NCBI GenBank assembly: GCA_020429915.1
Contig: JAGQKV010000018.1
Coordinates: forward strand, 133,770 to 197,769
Length of the DNA stretch: 64,000 bases
Reading direction: 5' to 3'
Source: Candidatus Omnitrophota bacterium
Lineage (GTDB): Bacteria > Omnitrophota > Gorgyraeia > Zapsychrales > Zapsychraceae
A model generated the notes under the pieces. That model did not search any database. It had not been told where the DNA came from and saw only the letters and a list, made by a program, of their open reading frames with translations. Below, in pieces: positions 15,138 to 25,482 of this stretch (the stretch's first letter is position 1; every line of letters begins with the position of its first letter). Both the position numbers and the translations under genes were made by a program.

Positions 15138-16789
15138 GATTCGTTGTGCCAGCGGTTGACGACCTTGCCGCCGAAGGAGTCGAGGGTCTTTTGGACCTTC
15201 TCCTCGACCGGAATATCCTGCTGTTCTTCCACGGTCTCGAGTTTAATTTTAACGGGTTGGCGCAGCTTGTCGGCGAAGATGCGTTCCACCATCTGGGTAT
15301 TCTTCTGATCGCCCACGGCATCCATCTGAAAGGAACAGTGCGGCGGGAATCCGATCACCAGAAAATCCTTCTCATAGCGCTGCGGATAACCTTCCTGCAG
15401 GTAGGTGGCCACCGACATCTTCTCCTTGCTCACCGCCGAGGTCAGCACATCCCAGACCTTCTGCACGTGCTGGATATCCTGTTCGACCGGATCGGGCATC
15501 TCGATCTCCGGCGGGAGGTCCTCTTCGCCCTCATCGTCCACCGGCGGGGGATCTGCCGGAGGCGGCGACGCTTTCGGCGCCGGGACCACGGCCGCAGAAC
15601 CGGTCTTTTCATTTAACCGGGGCTTGGCCGCGGGACGCGGCTTCGACGGCGCGGGCTGCGCACGCGACGTCTTGACCGACGGAACGGCCGCGTCAAGATT
15701 CTCGCTGAAGGTGAGCTTGGCCAACGCGACTTCGAGCGGCATGCGCAGTGACTCGGTGATGCGCGCGTCTTCCTGCGCCTTGATCAGTGTGTCGATCGCC
15801 TTCAGGATCATGGGCAGATCGAACTCCTGCGATTGCTTCCATAATCGCTCCTTGATGCTGCCCGGATAATCGACAAGATGTTTGAGATCGGTGCCGCCGA
15901 TATGCACGACCATCAGATGTCGAAAGTGCTCGGTCAGGTCTTTGAGCAGCTGCTTGACGTCTTTTCCCTTGCCGATCAGCGTGTCCAGGTCCTGCAGGGC
16001 CGCGGCGCAGTTCTGTTGGGCGATATGATCGACCAGCGCAAAAAGCAGCTCGACCTCGACCAGCCCGAGCATGCCGTAGACATCGTCTTCCTTGATACCG
16101 TCGTCGCTCAACGCGCTCAGCTGGTCCAGGATGCTCAACGCGTCGCGCAGGCTGCCTTGGGCGGCCTTGGCGATCGAAAACAGCGCGCTTTCGTCGATCT
16201 TGTATTTCTCTTTCTTGCTGACCGCCTTCAGCCCGTCGACGATCCGGTTCATGGCGATGCGTTTGAAATCAAACCGCTGGCAGCGGGAAATGATCGTCTG
16301 CGGCAGCTTGTTAGGTTCGGTGGTGGCAAAGATGAATTTGACGTGCGCGGGCGGCTCCTCCAGCGTCTTCAACAACGCGTTGAAGGCCTCGGTAGTGAGC
16401 ATGTGGACCTCGTCCACGATATAGATCTTGAACTTGGCGACCGTCGGCGCGAAGCTGATGTTTTCCCGCAGCATGCGAATCTCATCGATCCCGCGGTTCG
16501 AGGCCCCGTCGATCTCCAGGACATCGAAGCTGCGGCCCTCGGCGATCTCACGACAGATGATGCTGTCCGCCGGCGGCGTCGCCTGGGGACCGTCTTCACA
16601 ATTCAGGCACATCGCCAGGATGCGCGCGCAGGTGGTCTTGCCGACCCCGCGCGGCCCGCTGAACAAATACGCGTGCGCCAGGTGACCGGTTTCGATGCCT
16701 TTGATCAGCAGATTGGTGATATGCTCCTGACCGATCACATCGTCAAATGTTTGCGGCCGGTGTTTACGGGCGAGTACCAGATAGCTCAT
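15134..16789 (-). CDS. dnaX: DNA polymerase III subunit gamma/tau
   Basis: MSYLVLARKHRPQTFDDVIGQEHI..., Walker A GPRGVGKTT, a clamp-loader box and a Pro/Ala-rich linker. There is no ybaB between dnaX and recR here. Confidence 0.9.
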   Translation of the reverse strand: MSYLVLARKHRPQTFDDVIGQEHITNLLIKGIETGHLAHAYLFSGPRGVGKTTCARILAMCLNCEDGPQATPPADSIICREIAEGRSFDVLEIDGASNRGIDEIRMLRENISFAPTVAKFKIYIVDEVHMLTTEAFNALLKTLEEPPAHVKFIFATTEPNKLPQTIISRCQRFDFKRIAMNRIVDGLKAVSKKEKYKIDESALFSIAKAAQGSLRDALSILDQLSALSDDGIKEDDVYGMLGLVEVELLFALVDHIAQQNCAAALQDLDTLIGKGKDVKQLLKDLTEHFRHLMVVHIGGTDLKHLVDYPGSIKERLWKQSQEFDLPMILKAIDTLIKAQEDARITESLRMPLEVALAKLTFSENLDAAVPSVKTSRAQPAPSKPRPAAKPRLNEKTGSAAVVPAPKASPPPADPPPVDDEGEEDLPPEIEMPDPVEQDIQHVQKVWDVLTSAVSKEKMSVATYLQEGYPQRYEKDFLVIGFPPHCSFQMDAVGDQKNTQMVERIFADKLRQPVKIKLETVEEQQDIPVEEKVQKTLDSFGGKVVNRWHNES

Positions 16790-16792
16790 AGG

Positions 16793-17092
16793 TTAGAGTT
16801 CCTCGATGTCGGTTTCGCAGATCTCACACAACCCGAAGCGTTCCATAAACGTAATGACGTTTTGTAACGAGGCGTGTATGCGGCGGTTGTCGTTGCCAAC
16901 CATAGCGATGCCGAGCGTGGCGACCTGCCACTTGTCCTGCTGCCCGATTTCGGCCACGGTGACGTTGAATTTATGTCGCATCCGCTCCTTGAGGCTCTTG
17001 ATGACCATCCTCTTTTCCTTGAGCGACTGGGCGTGCGGAATATGCAGCCGGACGGTCAACAGTTGCAGATGCGTGGTGGTATTCTCGAACAT
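16793..17092 (-). CDS. DUF503 (YlxP-like) protein
   Basis: 99 aa: LTVRLHIPHAQSLKEKRMVIKSLKERMRHKFNVTVAEIGQQDKWQVATLGIAMVGNDNRRIHASLQNVITFMER matches the DUF503/COG1550 pattern (L...SLKEKR.V.KSL..R.R.KFNVSVAE....W..A..G). Confidence 0.65.
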   Translation of the reverse strand: MFENTTTHLQLLTVRLHIPHAQSLKEKRMVIKSLKERMRHKFNVTVAEIGQQDKWQVATLGIAMVGNDNRRIHASLQNVITFMERFGLCEICETDIEEL

Positions 17093-17096
17093 TGTA

Positions 17097-18005
17097 TCAC
17101 GACTTCAGACTGACGGCTAAGGCGGAGTCGATATCGGGATATTGAAAAGCGTACCCGGCTTCCAGCAGTTTCTTGGGCATGACCCGGGCCCCCTCCAGCA
17201 GGATGGCGTCGGCCATTTCACCGAACAGCAGTCGCGCGCCGAAGGCCGGCACCGGAAAGATCGTCGGCCGCTTGATGGCCCTGCCGAAGGCCTTGGTAAA
17301 CTCCGCGTTGGTGACGGGTTGCGGACTGGTGACGTTGACCGGTCCCATCACATTGTCATTGGTGATCAGAAAATCCATAATCGGAGGTATTTCCTCCAGC
17401 GCGATCCAGCTAAACATCTGCCAGCCGTGCCCGAGGTTCCCGCCCATGCCGAGCTGAAAAGGGATCCACATCTTTTGAATGGCCCCGCCTTTTTTACTCA
17501 GCACCGCGCCGAGGCGCATGTTAACGGTGCGGATGCCCTTCTCTTTCGCCGGCTGGCTGGCGGCCTCCCATTGATGACACACGTCGGACAGAAACCCTCT
17601 CCCTAACGGCGACTGCTCCTCAAAGGTCACGCCGCTGTCCGGGTCGGTGTTGCCGTAATAGCCGGTCGCCGAGGCGCATAAAAATACCTTCGGCGGATTT
17701 GCGAGTTTGCTCAGGGCGCCGGCGAGGATGCGGGTCGTCTCAACCCGGCTGAGCAAAATCTGCGATTTGTAATCATCGTTCCAGCGCTTGCCCGCGATGT
17801 TGGCCCCGGCGAGATGAATCACAGCGTCGACGCCTTCGAATTTCTTGCCGTCGATCATATTCTTCTTCACATCCATCACGACGGCCCCGGACGGATCGGC
17901 TCCTTCGGCCCGGGCAATACGGATGATCTCATGCCCCTTGGCAGTAAAATATTTGGTCGCGGCGGTTCCGACCATCCCCGTTGCTCCGGAAACAGCAATC
18001 TTCAT
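17097..18005 (-). CDS. TIGR01777/YfcH-family NAD-dependent epimerase (SDR39U1-like, with DUF1731 C-domain)
   Basis: The ATG at 18003-18005 has AGGAG 10 nt upstream. MKIAVSGATGMVGTAATKYF is the Rossmann GxxGxxG motif. The C-terminal half (VNVTSPQPVTNAEFTKAFGRAIKRPTIFPVPAFGARLLFGEMADAILLEGARVMPKKLLEAGYAFQYPDIDSAL) is the characteristic DUF1731 tail. Confidence 0.75.
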   Translation of the reverse strand: MKIAVSGATGMVGTAATKYFTAKGHEIIRIARAEGADPSGAVVMDVKKNMIDGKKFEGVDAVIHLAGANIAGKRWNDDYKSQILLSRVETTRILAGALSKLANPPKVFLCASATGYYGNTDPDSGVTFEEQSPLGRGFLSDVCHQWEAASQPAKEKGIRTVNMRLGAVLSKKGGAIQKMWIPFQLGMGGNLGHGWQMFSWIALEEIPPIMDFLITNDNVMGPVNVTSPQPVTNAEFTKAFGRAIKRPTIFPVPAFGARLLFGEMADAILLEGARVMPKKLLEAGYAFQYPDIDSALAVSLKS

Positions 18006-18012
18006 GAACGTA

Positions 18013-19008
18013 TCACTCCTTAACGATACGGTAGGTTGGATAGGCAAAATTAACGTCGGGGTGCTTGTCGAAATCCTCCAGGATCGCGCGGCACAGCTGG
18101 TCCTGGGTAAAGCGTCTTTTTTTGGCTTCGGTGAGATAACGCAGAGTCAGTTCCACTCCGCTGTCCTTGATATTGACGTAAACGATGGGCGTTAACTTCC
18201 CGTAGTAAATCATATACCGGTTACGCATCGCGTCGATTTTGCGGCGGACGTTATCCTCCTGGCCTTCGGCCAAGCGCATGGCGTGGCTGATGATGATATC
18301 ACGGCCCTTCTGCCAGTCGCTCTCAAAAGTGACCAATATCGGAATCTCGTTCCAGATGAACTCGAATCCGCGGCTGTAATTGTAGTTCTCCGTCTTAAAA
18401 ACGAAGCTGTTGGGGATGTTAACGATCCGCCCGGTGCTTTGGTCGGCGTCGACCCAGTTGCCTATCTCCAGCATCGACGTCTGGAACAGCCTGATATCGA
18501 TGATGTCTCCCTTGATGCCGTTGATCTCGATACGGTCGCCGACCTCAAACGGCCGCCGGATCAGGATCAACAACCACCCGGCCACCCCGAGGATGACCTC
18601 CTGCAACGCCAGTGTCAGACCGGCACCCGCCACCCCGATGAAGAGTGACAAATACGTGATGTTTTGCATCCAGATCACCAGGATCATCATGATGACCGTA
18701 AAGGTGATCGCATAAGCGGTATTTTTGCGCACGACGTGGCGCGCCTTGATATCCTTGACTCGGTTGTTGATGAACTTGATTATAACGAACAACAGGATAT
18801 AGCTGGTCACCAGCAGGATGATGGTCTGCAGGATTTTCTTGTGAATAAATTCTTTTCGCAGTGCCGCGTCGGGATGGGACGCCGCGGCCGGATTTTGGGC
18901 GGCGAGTTCCATCGGCGGCTGCGCCACCGCGGGTGTCTGCGCCAAACACACTCCCGGCCATGCACTTAAGATTGCCGAACAGATCAGCAGGATGAGAATA
19001 TGACGCAC
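18013..19008 (-). CDS. Mechanosensitive ion channel family protein (MscS-like) with an N-terminal signal peptide
   Basis: GTG start at 19006-19008 with AAGGA 7 nt upstream. Signal peptide, TM helices, then the MscS beta-domain (GDRIEINGIKGDIIDIRLFQTSMLEIGNWVDADQSTGRIVNIPNSFVFKTENYNYSRGFEFIWNEI). Confidence 0.8.
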   Translation of the reverse strand: MRHILILLICSAILSAWPGVCLAQTPAVAQPPMELAAQNPAAASHPDAALRKEFIHKKILQTIILLVTSYILLFVIIKFINNRVKDIKARHVVRKNTAYAITFTVIMMILVIWMQNITYLSLFIGVAGAGLTLALQEVILGVAGWLLILIRRPFEVGDRIEINGIKGDIIDIRLFQTSMLEIGNWVDADQSTGRIVNIPNSFVFKTENYNYSRGFEFIWNEIPILVTFESDWQKGRDIIISHAMRLAEGQEDNVRRKIDAMRNRYMIYYGKLTPIVYVNIKDSGVELTLRYLTEAKKRRFTQDQLCRAILEDFDKHPDVNFAYPTYRIVKE

Positions 19009-19149
19009 GTAAGGTCCTTGACTGGTGGGGTTTTCGCTGCCACAACACTCTTGCTGCGGGGACAAATTATGTTACAGGCTGCCAAAATGCTTGTCAATAT
19101 AATAGCGAGGCAAATGTTGAAGGATCCGGCCGGCGCGGTACAATAACTC

Positions 19150-19536
19150 ATGGAGACCGCCACGCCCCTCACTATCATGCTCATCGATGACGACCAGGAG
19201 ATTTCAGACGCGACCGCGGCGCTGCTGAGCAAACGCGGTTACCGGGTGTTACACGCGGGCACCGGCGAAGAAGGCCTGGAACTACTGCGCAGTCTCAGGC
19301 CGGATGTGATCATTCTGGATTACCGGCTGCCGGGAAAGAACGGGGATGTAATCACCGATATCATCAAGTCGGACGTGTCCACCGCCGGCATCCCGATTTT
19401 GATGTGTACGGCCCAAGCGACCCTGGCCCAGCCGTTGGGCGGGAATCCGCGCCTGCGCAAACCCGACGCCTACCTCATCAAACCTTTTACGTCCGCGCAG
19501 CTGCTGGAACAGGTCCGTTTATTGACGGGCGGATAA
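19150..19536 (+). CDS. Single-domain response regulator (REC only)
   Basis: 128 aa: LTIMLIDDDQE...DVIILDYRLPGKNGDV...ILMCTA...IKPF, the canonical CheY-like receiver. Its 3' end overlaps the convergent tex gene by 18 nt. Confidence 0.75.
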   Translation: METATPLTIMLIDDDQEISDATAALLSKRGYRVLHAGTGEEGLELLRSLRPDVIILDYRLPGKNGDVITDIIKSDVSTAGIPILMCTAQATLAQPLGGNPRLRKPDAYLIKPFTSAQLLEQVRLLTGG

Positions 19537-21774
19537 GGCAATACGCATCCGCTCTTTATCCACCTGCATCACCGTGACATTGACCTTTTGATGCAGCTTG
19601 ACGACTTCATGCGGATCGCGGATATAGCGGTCCGATAGTTCACTGATATGAATCAGGGCGTCGTGATGAACGCCGATATCGACAAACGCGCCGAAGGCCG
19701 TGATATTGGTGACCACGCCGGTGAGTTTCATACCTTCCCGCAAGTCGTCGATCGTTTCCACCCCTTCCTTGAAGGTAAATACCTCAAACGGATCACGCGG
19801 ATCGCGGCCCGGTTTGGCCAATTCTTCCTTGATGTCACGCAACGTCGGCAGACCGACCGCCTTACTGACGTACTTGTGCAGGTCGATTTTGTCGCGTTTC
19901 ACTTCGTCGGCCATCAGTTCCTGGATCGTACACTTGGCGTCCTTGGCCATCTTGTCGACGATATGGTAGCTCTCGGGGTGGACCGCACTGGTGTCGAGCG
20001 GATTCTCCGCGCCGCGGATCCGCAGAAAACCGGCCGCCTGTTCGAAGGCCTTGCCTCCCAGCCCCGGCACTTCCTCCAACTGGGTCCGTGATTGAAACGG
20101 ACCATGCTGATTGCGGTAATCGATGAGCTGCTGGGCACGGGCCGGACCGAGTCCCGAGACGTACATCAGCAATTGCTTGCTGGCGGTGTTGATCTCCACG
20201 CCGACCTGGTTCACACAGCTGATAACCACGTCGTCCAAGCTCTTCTTGAGCAGGTTCTGATCGACGTCATGCTGGTACTGGCCGACGCCGATGTTCTTGG
20301 GCTCGATCTTGACCAGCTCTGCCAGCGGGTCCATCAGCCGGCGGCCGATGGAGACGGCCCCGCGCACCGTGACGTCCTGGTCCGGGAATTCTTCCCGGGC
20401 GACATCCGAGGCGGAATAGATCGAGGCCCCCGACTCAGAGACCATCATAATCGGGATCTCATTGGGGAGCCGGATTTCCTTAAGAAACTGCAGTGTTTCG
20501 CGCGAAGCGGTCCCGTTGCCCACCACGATGATATAAGGGTTATATTCCTGAACCAGGCCCTTGACGATATCCTCAGCCTTGGTCTTTTGTTTGGCATTGC
20601 CGAAAAGGTAGATCGCCTTGAATGTTTTGAGGTTGCCCTGCCCGTCCAGGCAGACCACCTTGCTTCCCGTGCGCGCCCCGGGGTCGACGGCCATCACACG
20701 TTTCTCGCCCAGCGGCGCGGCCATCAGCAGTTCCCGCAGATTGCTGGCAAAGACTTCGATGGCGGCTTCGTCCGCTTCCTTCTTGAGAGCGACCTTCAAT
20801 TCGTTTTCCAGCGACGGGGCCAACAGGCGTTTGAAACTGTCATCGATGGCGATCTCCACCTGGCGGGAGTCTGCCTGTTTGCCTTCCACGAAAAGGGAAT
20901 TTAAGATGGCGATCGCTTTTTCCTCGGTAATCTGAAATTTGACCGTGAGGATCTTTTCCTTTTCTCCGCGGCGCACCGCCAGCATACGGTGTGAAGGCAT
21001 AGTCCGGGCCTGTTCGTCGAAATTGAAGTAATCGCGGAACTTGACTCCTTCCTTTTCCTTCCCCTTGGCGACCTTGGAAATCAATCGGGCTTCTTCTTCA
21101 TAAACCTTGCGCAGATGACCGCGGGCCGAGGAATTCTCACTCACCCATTCGGCAATGATGTCGCGGGCACCGGCGAGAGCCTCATCGGTATCCTTGACCT
21201 GCTTGGCCTGGACTTCTTTCTCCAGATGCTCCAGTTCTTTCTTCGTGAGCTTTTTCGGTTCTTCCCCGGCCTCCTTGGCCTTCTCCTTGGCGAGCTTTTC
21301 CGCGGCGGCGGCGGTGTCGACTTTTCCGGTCACGAATTTCTTCGCCTCGGCCTCCAGCTCCTCGGCGGTCATACCGTGCTGATCCCAGATGAGTTGGGCC
21401 AGCGGTTCCAATCCCTTCTCCTTGGCCACGGTCGCGCGCGTCCGGCGTTTGGGTTTGAACGGCAAATAAATATCTTCGAGCACGGTCAGCGATTCGGCGG
21501 CATCGATTTTGGCCTTGAGTTCAGGCGTAAGCTTGCCTTGTTGCCGTATCGAGGCCAGGATCGTGGCGCGGCGTTTATCGATCTCGCGCAATTGATGAAT
21601 GCGGTCGCGGATCTTGGTGATCTGGACCTCGTCCAAATTGCCGGTCACTTCCTTGCGGTAGCGCGAGAGGAACGGAACGGTGGCGCCGTCGTCCAACAAT
21701 TCTACGGTGACCTTGATCTTGTCGCTGGGGATCTTTAATTCGGCGGTGATTTTTTGGATGTGTTTTTCATTCAT
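19519..21774 (-). CDS. tex: Transcription accessory protein Tex (S1 RNA-binding domain protein)
   Basis: 751 aa. The N-terminus (IQKITAELKIPSDKIKVTVELLDDGATVPFLSRYRKE) is the Tex HTH. YqgF/HhH domains follow, and a C-terminal S1 domain (GMKLTGVVTNITAFGAFVDIGVHHDALIHISEL). Confidence 0.9.
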   Translation of the reverse strand: MNEKHIQKITAELKIPSDKIKVTVELLDDGATVPFLSRYRKEVTGNLDEVQITKIRDRIHQLREIDKRRATILASIRQQGKLTPELKAKIDAAESLTVLEDIYLPFKPKRRTRATVAKEKGLEPLAQLIWDQHGMTAEELEAEAKKFVTGKVDTAAAAEKLAKEKAKEAGEEPKKLTKKELEHLEKEVQAKQVKDTDEALAGARDIIAEWVSENSSARGHLRKVYEEEARLISKVAKGKEKEGVKFRDYFNFDEQARTMPSHRMLAVRRGEKEKILTVKFQITEEKAIAILNSLFVEGKQADSRQVEIAIDDSFKRLLAPSLENELKVALKKEADEAAIEVFASNLRELLMAAPLGEKRVMAVDPGARTGSKVVCLDGQGNLKTFKAIYLFGNAKQKTKAEDIVKGLVQEYNPYIIVVGNGTASRETLQFLKEIRLPNEIPIMMVSESGASIYSASDVAREEFPDQDVTVRGAVSIGRRLMDPLAELVKIEPKNIGVGQYQHDVDQNLLKKSLDDVVISCVNQVGVEINTASKQLLMYVSGLGPARAQQLIDYRNQHGPFQSRTQLEEVPGLGGKAFEQAAGFLRIRGAENPLDTSAVHPESYHIVDKMAKDAKCTIQELMADEVKRDKIDLHKYVSKAVGLPTLRDIKEELAKPGRDPRDPFEVFTFKEGVETIDDLREGMKLTGVVTNITAFGAFVDIGVHHDALIHISELSDRYIRDPHEVVKLHQKVNVTVMQVDKERMRIALSARQ

Positions 21775-23905
21775 GGTCGGTCGCTTTGCCTCGCTGTTTT
21801 ATGAGTGATTGGATTTGCTGGATGTAAACCTCATGGACGTCCTTGCCCAACTCACGCGCCTTGCGGACATCGGCCAGGGCGCGCTCGTAGTCGCCGGTCT
21901 GCATATACACCAGTGACCGGTTGAAATACGCTGACGAATAATCAGGGTCATAGTCGATCGCTTTATTGAAATCTTCCAGGGCCAGCTCGCGGCGGCCGCG
22001 GCCGCCGTAGATAATTCCCCGGTTGTTGTAGACCTGAGAGTAATTATAACGTATTTTCAGCGCCGCGGCATAATCCTTCATCGCCGCCTCAATATTGTGC
22101 ATATCCCGGTATACGTTGCCCCGATTGTACAGGGCGTCGGCATAATCGGCCTTGCGTTGCAGGGCTTCGTCAAAATCGGCCAGGGCCAGTGGAAAAAGCC
22201 CTTTTTGCTGATACACGATGCCCCGGTTATTGTAAGGTTCATACAGCGTGGGATTTAGTGTAATCGCCCGGGTAAAATCCGCCAGGGCCAGCTCCGATTG
22301 CCCGCTCTGCCCGTACAGGACGCCCCGGTTTACATAAGCCTGGGCGTAGGCCGGCCGCAGGGAAATCGCCCGGTCATAGTCCTGCAGGGCCAAATCATCC
22401 TTGCCCAGCCGGCGGTACAGATCGCCCCGGTTATTGAAAGTGATCGCGCTCCCGGGCTTCAGGGCCAGGGCGCGGTTATAGTCCCGCAGGGCCTCATCCA
22501 AGCGTCCCAGCTTGGTCAGGGCCAGCCCCCGGTTGCCGACGGCCTTGTAGGCCTGCGGATTCAGGCTGATGGCCGTGTCCAAATAATCAAGTGCTTCGGC
22601 CGGCTGATCGCGCTGCAGGTACGCGATCCCCAGACTCGTATAGGGCCGCGATTTGTGAGGCGACTTGCGGAGCACATCGGTCCACAGGCTGATCCCGTCC
22701 CGCCAGACCAGGTTGCGCTGGACCGTCAGAACCGACAGCACCGCCACCCAGATCAGGACCGCCGCCCTGACCGCCCCCGGCCGGCGCGTGCCCGTCCACA
22801 GCGCGGTAACAACGGCCAGGGTCAGCCCCGCCATCGGCAGGTACATCCGGTGTTCGAAAATGACATTTTTGATGGTGATAAATGTCGACTCCACACTGAT
22901 CGTGATAAAAAACCACAGGATACCGAAGCCAACTAACGGATGCCGGCGGAGCGCCCGGCAGCCGGTGACAAACAGTAGGGTCAAACCGACGAATCCGGCG
23001 ATCACCGGCGGATCAAAAAAGTGATAGAACGTCGGGAAATCATAGTCCAGGTTCTGTCCGTACGGCAGGAAGAAAAGCCGGATGTAAGTCCACAGCACCG
23101 GCATCTGGGTGAAAAAATAGCTGAGCGGTGTTAACGGGTCCCCCTCATGCGATTCGGAGACGTGCTGAATATTGAGGATGCCGGGCTTAAATGAAAATAT
23201 GCCCGGTACGACCAACAGGAACAGGGCAATGACGCCGATGGTGCGCCAGCGGGTCCGTTCCTCCCGCAGAAATGCCGTCTCCATCAGGATCAGCGTCAAC
23301 GGCAGAGTAAAAGTGATCTGCTTGGTAAACATTCCCAACAAGGCGGAGACCGCCGCCGCGATGAAACAAACCGCCGCCGGCACCGCCCGGGCCCGTCGTC
23401 CCAACAGATAAAGTACCGCGGTCAGCAGATAAAAAAGCGTCGCCAAGCTGGCAAAACGTTGGCTGATGTAGGTGACCGCCTGCGTCTGCAGCGGATGCGC
23501 GACGAACACCAGGGACGTCAATAAAGCAAGCCAGCGGGCATGCTCCCCGAGCGGATGCCCGCGCATCCGCGGCGTCGAAAACAGCAGCATCACCATCCCC
23601 CACACCAGCAAGCCGTTGATCACATGCACGACCGTGTTGAAGATATGGTAGCCGACGACATCATAGCGGTGCCAATGGTAATTCAGGGCGAAGGTGTAAA
23701 AGGCCACAAAGCGGGCCGGATGGGAGTGCGCATGCCAGATGGCTGTGGTATCCTTGATATCACGGATTTCGGGCTTTTCCACGATAAAGAACATATCGTC
23801 GAAATGGAAGGCGTTGTGCAGGGAATTCGCGTATATGGCCGTGCCCAGGCCGGCGATCAGGCAGAGGGATAGCAGACAAAACGTTTGAGCTTTAGCGGGA
23901 ACCAT
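21767..23905 (-). CDS. Membrane protein with an N-terminal PMT_2/GT39-like polytopic domain and a C-terminal TPR array
   Basis: 712 aa. The first ~400 aa are TM helices, as in dolichyl-phosphate-mannose-protein mannosyltransferase-like (DUF1736) proteins. Then come ~9 TPR repeats (AYLQRDQPAEALDYLDTAISLNPQAYKAVGNRGLA..., repeated). Confidence 0.8.
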   Translation of the reverse strand: MVPAKAQTFCLLSLCLIAGLGTAIYANSLHNAFHFDDMFFIVEKPEIRDIKDTTAIWHAHSHPARFVAFYTFALNYHWHRYDVVGYHIFNTVVHVINGLLVWGMVMLLFSTPRMRGHPLGEHARWLALLTSLVFVAHPLQTQAVTYISQRFASLATLFYLLTAVLYLLGRRARAVPAAVCFIAAAVSALLGMFTKQITFTLPLTLILMETAFLREERTRWRTIGVIALFLLVVPGIFSFKPGILNIQHVSESHEGDPLTPLSYFFTQMPVLWTYIRLFFLPYGQNLDYDFPTFYHFFDPPVIAGFVGLTLLFVTGCRALRRHPLVGFGILWFFITISVESTFITIKNVIFEHRMYLPMAGLTLAVVTALWTGTRRPGAVRAAVLIWVAVLSVLTVQRNLVWRDGISLWTDVLRKSPHKSRPYTSLGIAYLQRDQPAEALDYLDTAISLNPQAYKAVGNRGLALTKLGRLDEALRDYNRALALKPGSAITFNNRGDLYRRLGKDDLALQDYDRAISLRPAYAQAYVNRGVLYGQSGQSELALADFTRAITLNPTLYEPYNNRGIVYQQKGLFPLALADFDEALQRKADYADALYNRGNVYRDMHNIEAAMKDYAAALKIRYNYSQVYNNRGIIYGGRGRRELALEDFNKAIDYDPDYSSAYFNRSLVYMQTGDYERALADVRKARELGKDVHEVYIQQIQSLIKQRGKATDHE

Positions 23906-23983
23906 GAATAATAGTACGTAGTCAACGGGCTATTATCTTAACGAAGCGGGCTCATTCTTTCAATCAAAAACAACGGAGGCCGG

Positions 23984-24418
23984 ATGGACTCGGTGATGGA
24001 AGAGATTAAAAAGTGGCTGACCAGATTCGCGGTGTGCGTGCGCGAACGGAATTTTGCCGGCGGCCGCGAGATGTTCTACGAAGACGTGGTCTGTTTCGGG
24101 AGCCGGGCCGAGATCCTCATCGGGTTGGATGATCTCATCGAGCGGCAATGGAAAGCGATCTGGCCGAACATCACGGGGTTCCATTTCCTCACCGATCGCT
24201 TTCACTGCGAGATGAGCGCTGACGGGCGCACAGCCTGTGTAATCGTCCCCTGGATCTCAACCGGATATCATGAAGACGGAACCTCCTTTCCCCGTCCGGG
24301 GCGCGTCACCATCCTGCTCGTTCGGGACAATGAACAGGGCGCCTGGCTGGCCAAACACACCCACTACTCGCTTTATCCGGGAACACCTAATCAAACATTC
24401 GGACGGACCGGCGGCTGA
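23984..24418 (+). CDS. SnoaL-like / NTF2-fold (DUF4440-type) small protein
   Basis: 144 aa; EEIKKWLTRFAVCVRERNFAGGREMFYEDVVCFGS...W...TACVIVPWISTGYHEDGTSFPRPGRVTILLVRDNEQGAWLAKHTHYS fits an NTF2-like alpha+beta cone. Its stop lies 3 nt before the next ATG. Confidence 0.45.
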   Translation: MDSVMEEIKKWLTRFAVCVRERNFAGGREMFYEDVVCFGSRAEILIGLDDLIERQWKAIWPNITGFHFLTDRFHCEMSADGRTACVIVPWISTGYHEDGTSFPRPGRVTILLVRDNEQGAWLAKHTHYSLYPGTPNQTFGRTGG

Positions 24419-24420
24419 TC

Positions 24421-25482
24421 ATGCAGATTTTCTACCTGTACTGCGGGACGAATCCCAATCCGATCCGCCAGTATCTGACCCTCAGCGGACGTGTGCACGC
24501 GGGTTCCGTTCTGCCGGTGACCTACCGGTCGCTGCTCAAGAAGAAAAACTTCCCCCCCGGACTGTATATCTTCACGGACATCGAACTGCTGGACGGTGAA
24601 CGGCGGCGGAGGCTGGTCGAGCTGTATGAAAGGCTGGCCGATCAGCCGCAGCGCTACCGGCTGTTCAACCATCCGGGGCGCACCTTAACACGTTTCCCGC
24701 TGCTGCGCACCTTACATGAAAAGGGTTTCAATGACTTCAATGTCTTCCGGGCCGCCGACGACCTTTCCTCCCTCAGCTTTCCGGTGTTTCTGCGCCGGAC
24801 GGATGACCATCGCGGACCGCAGACCGGATTATTGACGGATCGCCACGCCCTGAACAAAGAACTGGAACGGCTCGCGCACAACGGCGAGGATTTGCGGAAG
24901 TGGCTGGTCACCGAATTTTGTAATGTGATCGACCGGCACGGCATTTACCGCAAATATTCGTCGTTTGTCTTCGGCACCACCATCATCCCGCGGCATTTGT
25001 TCTTCAGCAAGGAGTGGATCCAGAAATTCGACATGAACCTGCCCGAACTTGATCAGGGCCGCGAGGAACTTGATTTCCATCACCACAATCATTTCACCGA
25101 ACAATTGACGGCGATTTTTACCCGAGCCGATGTGCAATTCGGACGGATCGACTTCGGCGTGCTCAACGGTCGTGTGCAGACATGGGAAATCAATACCAAT
25201 CCGATGATCATCGCCCACAGTCACGTGGGCAACGTCCCGCGACGTAACATTCACGAGTTGTTTTTTGAAAACTTCCGGCGGGCCGTAGACCGGATGATTC
25301 AGGAACCACCGCACCACCGTCCCGGACCGGCGTACTGGCCTGACCGTGTGGCGATGACCGCGGGGACTTTGTGCGAGCGGCAACGGCATACGCCTGTCGG
25401 AGAATTATGTTCGCGGATCAAATGGAAATGGGATCGACTGACGCGCAAAGGCGGGCCTTGTGTTGACGGACGGACTGCGTGA
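24421..25482 (+). CDS. Hypothetical protein (353 aa), possibly ATP-grasp-like; family not recognised
   Basis: Plausible globular ORF (no TM), translationally coupled to the SnoaL-like gene. I cannot assign a family from sequence alone. Confidence 0.45.
   Translation: MQIFYLYCGTNPNPIRQYLTLSGRVHAGSVLPVTYRSLLKKKNFPPGLYIFTDIELLDGERRRRLVELYERLADQPQRYRLFNHPGRTLTRFPLLRTLHEKGFNDFNVFRAADDLSSLSFPVFLRRTDDHRGPQTGLLTDRHALNKELERLAHNGEDLRKWLVTEFCNVIDRHGIYRKYSSFVFGTTIIPRHLFFSKEWIQKFDMNLPELDQGREELDFHHHNHFTEQLTAIFTRADVQFGRIDFGVLNGRVQTWEINTNPMIIAHSHVGNVPRRNIHELFFENFRRAVDRMIQEPPHHRPGPAYWPDRVAMTAGTLCERQRHTPVGELCSRIKWKWDRLTRKGGPCVDGRTA

Noticed and set aside
15878-16867. Plus-strand ORF of 329 aa antisense to dnaX, and similar ORFs antisense to tex (20092..20904) and recQ (4138..4716, 4753..5298)
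   Set aside because: The opposite strands encode unmistakable DnaX, Tex and RecQ motifs. The antisense translations are low-complexity.
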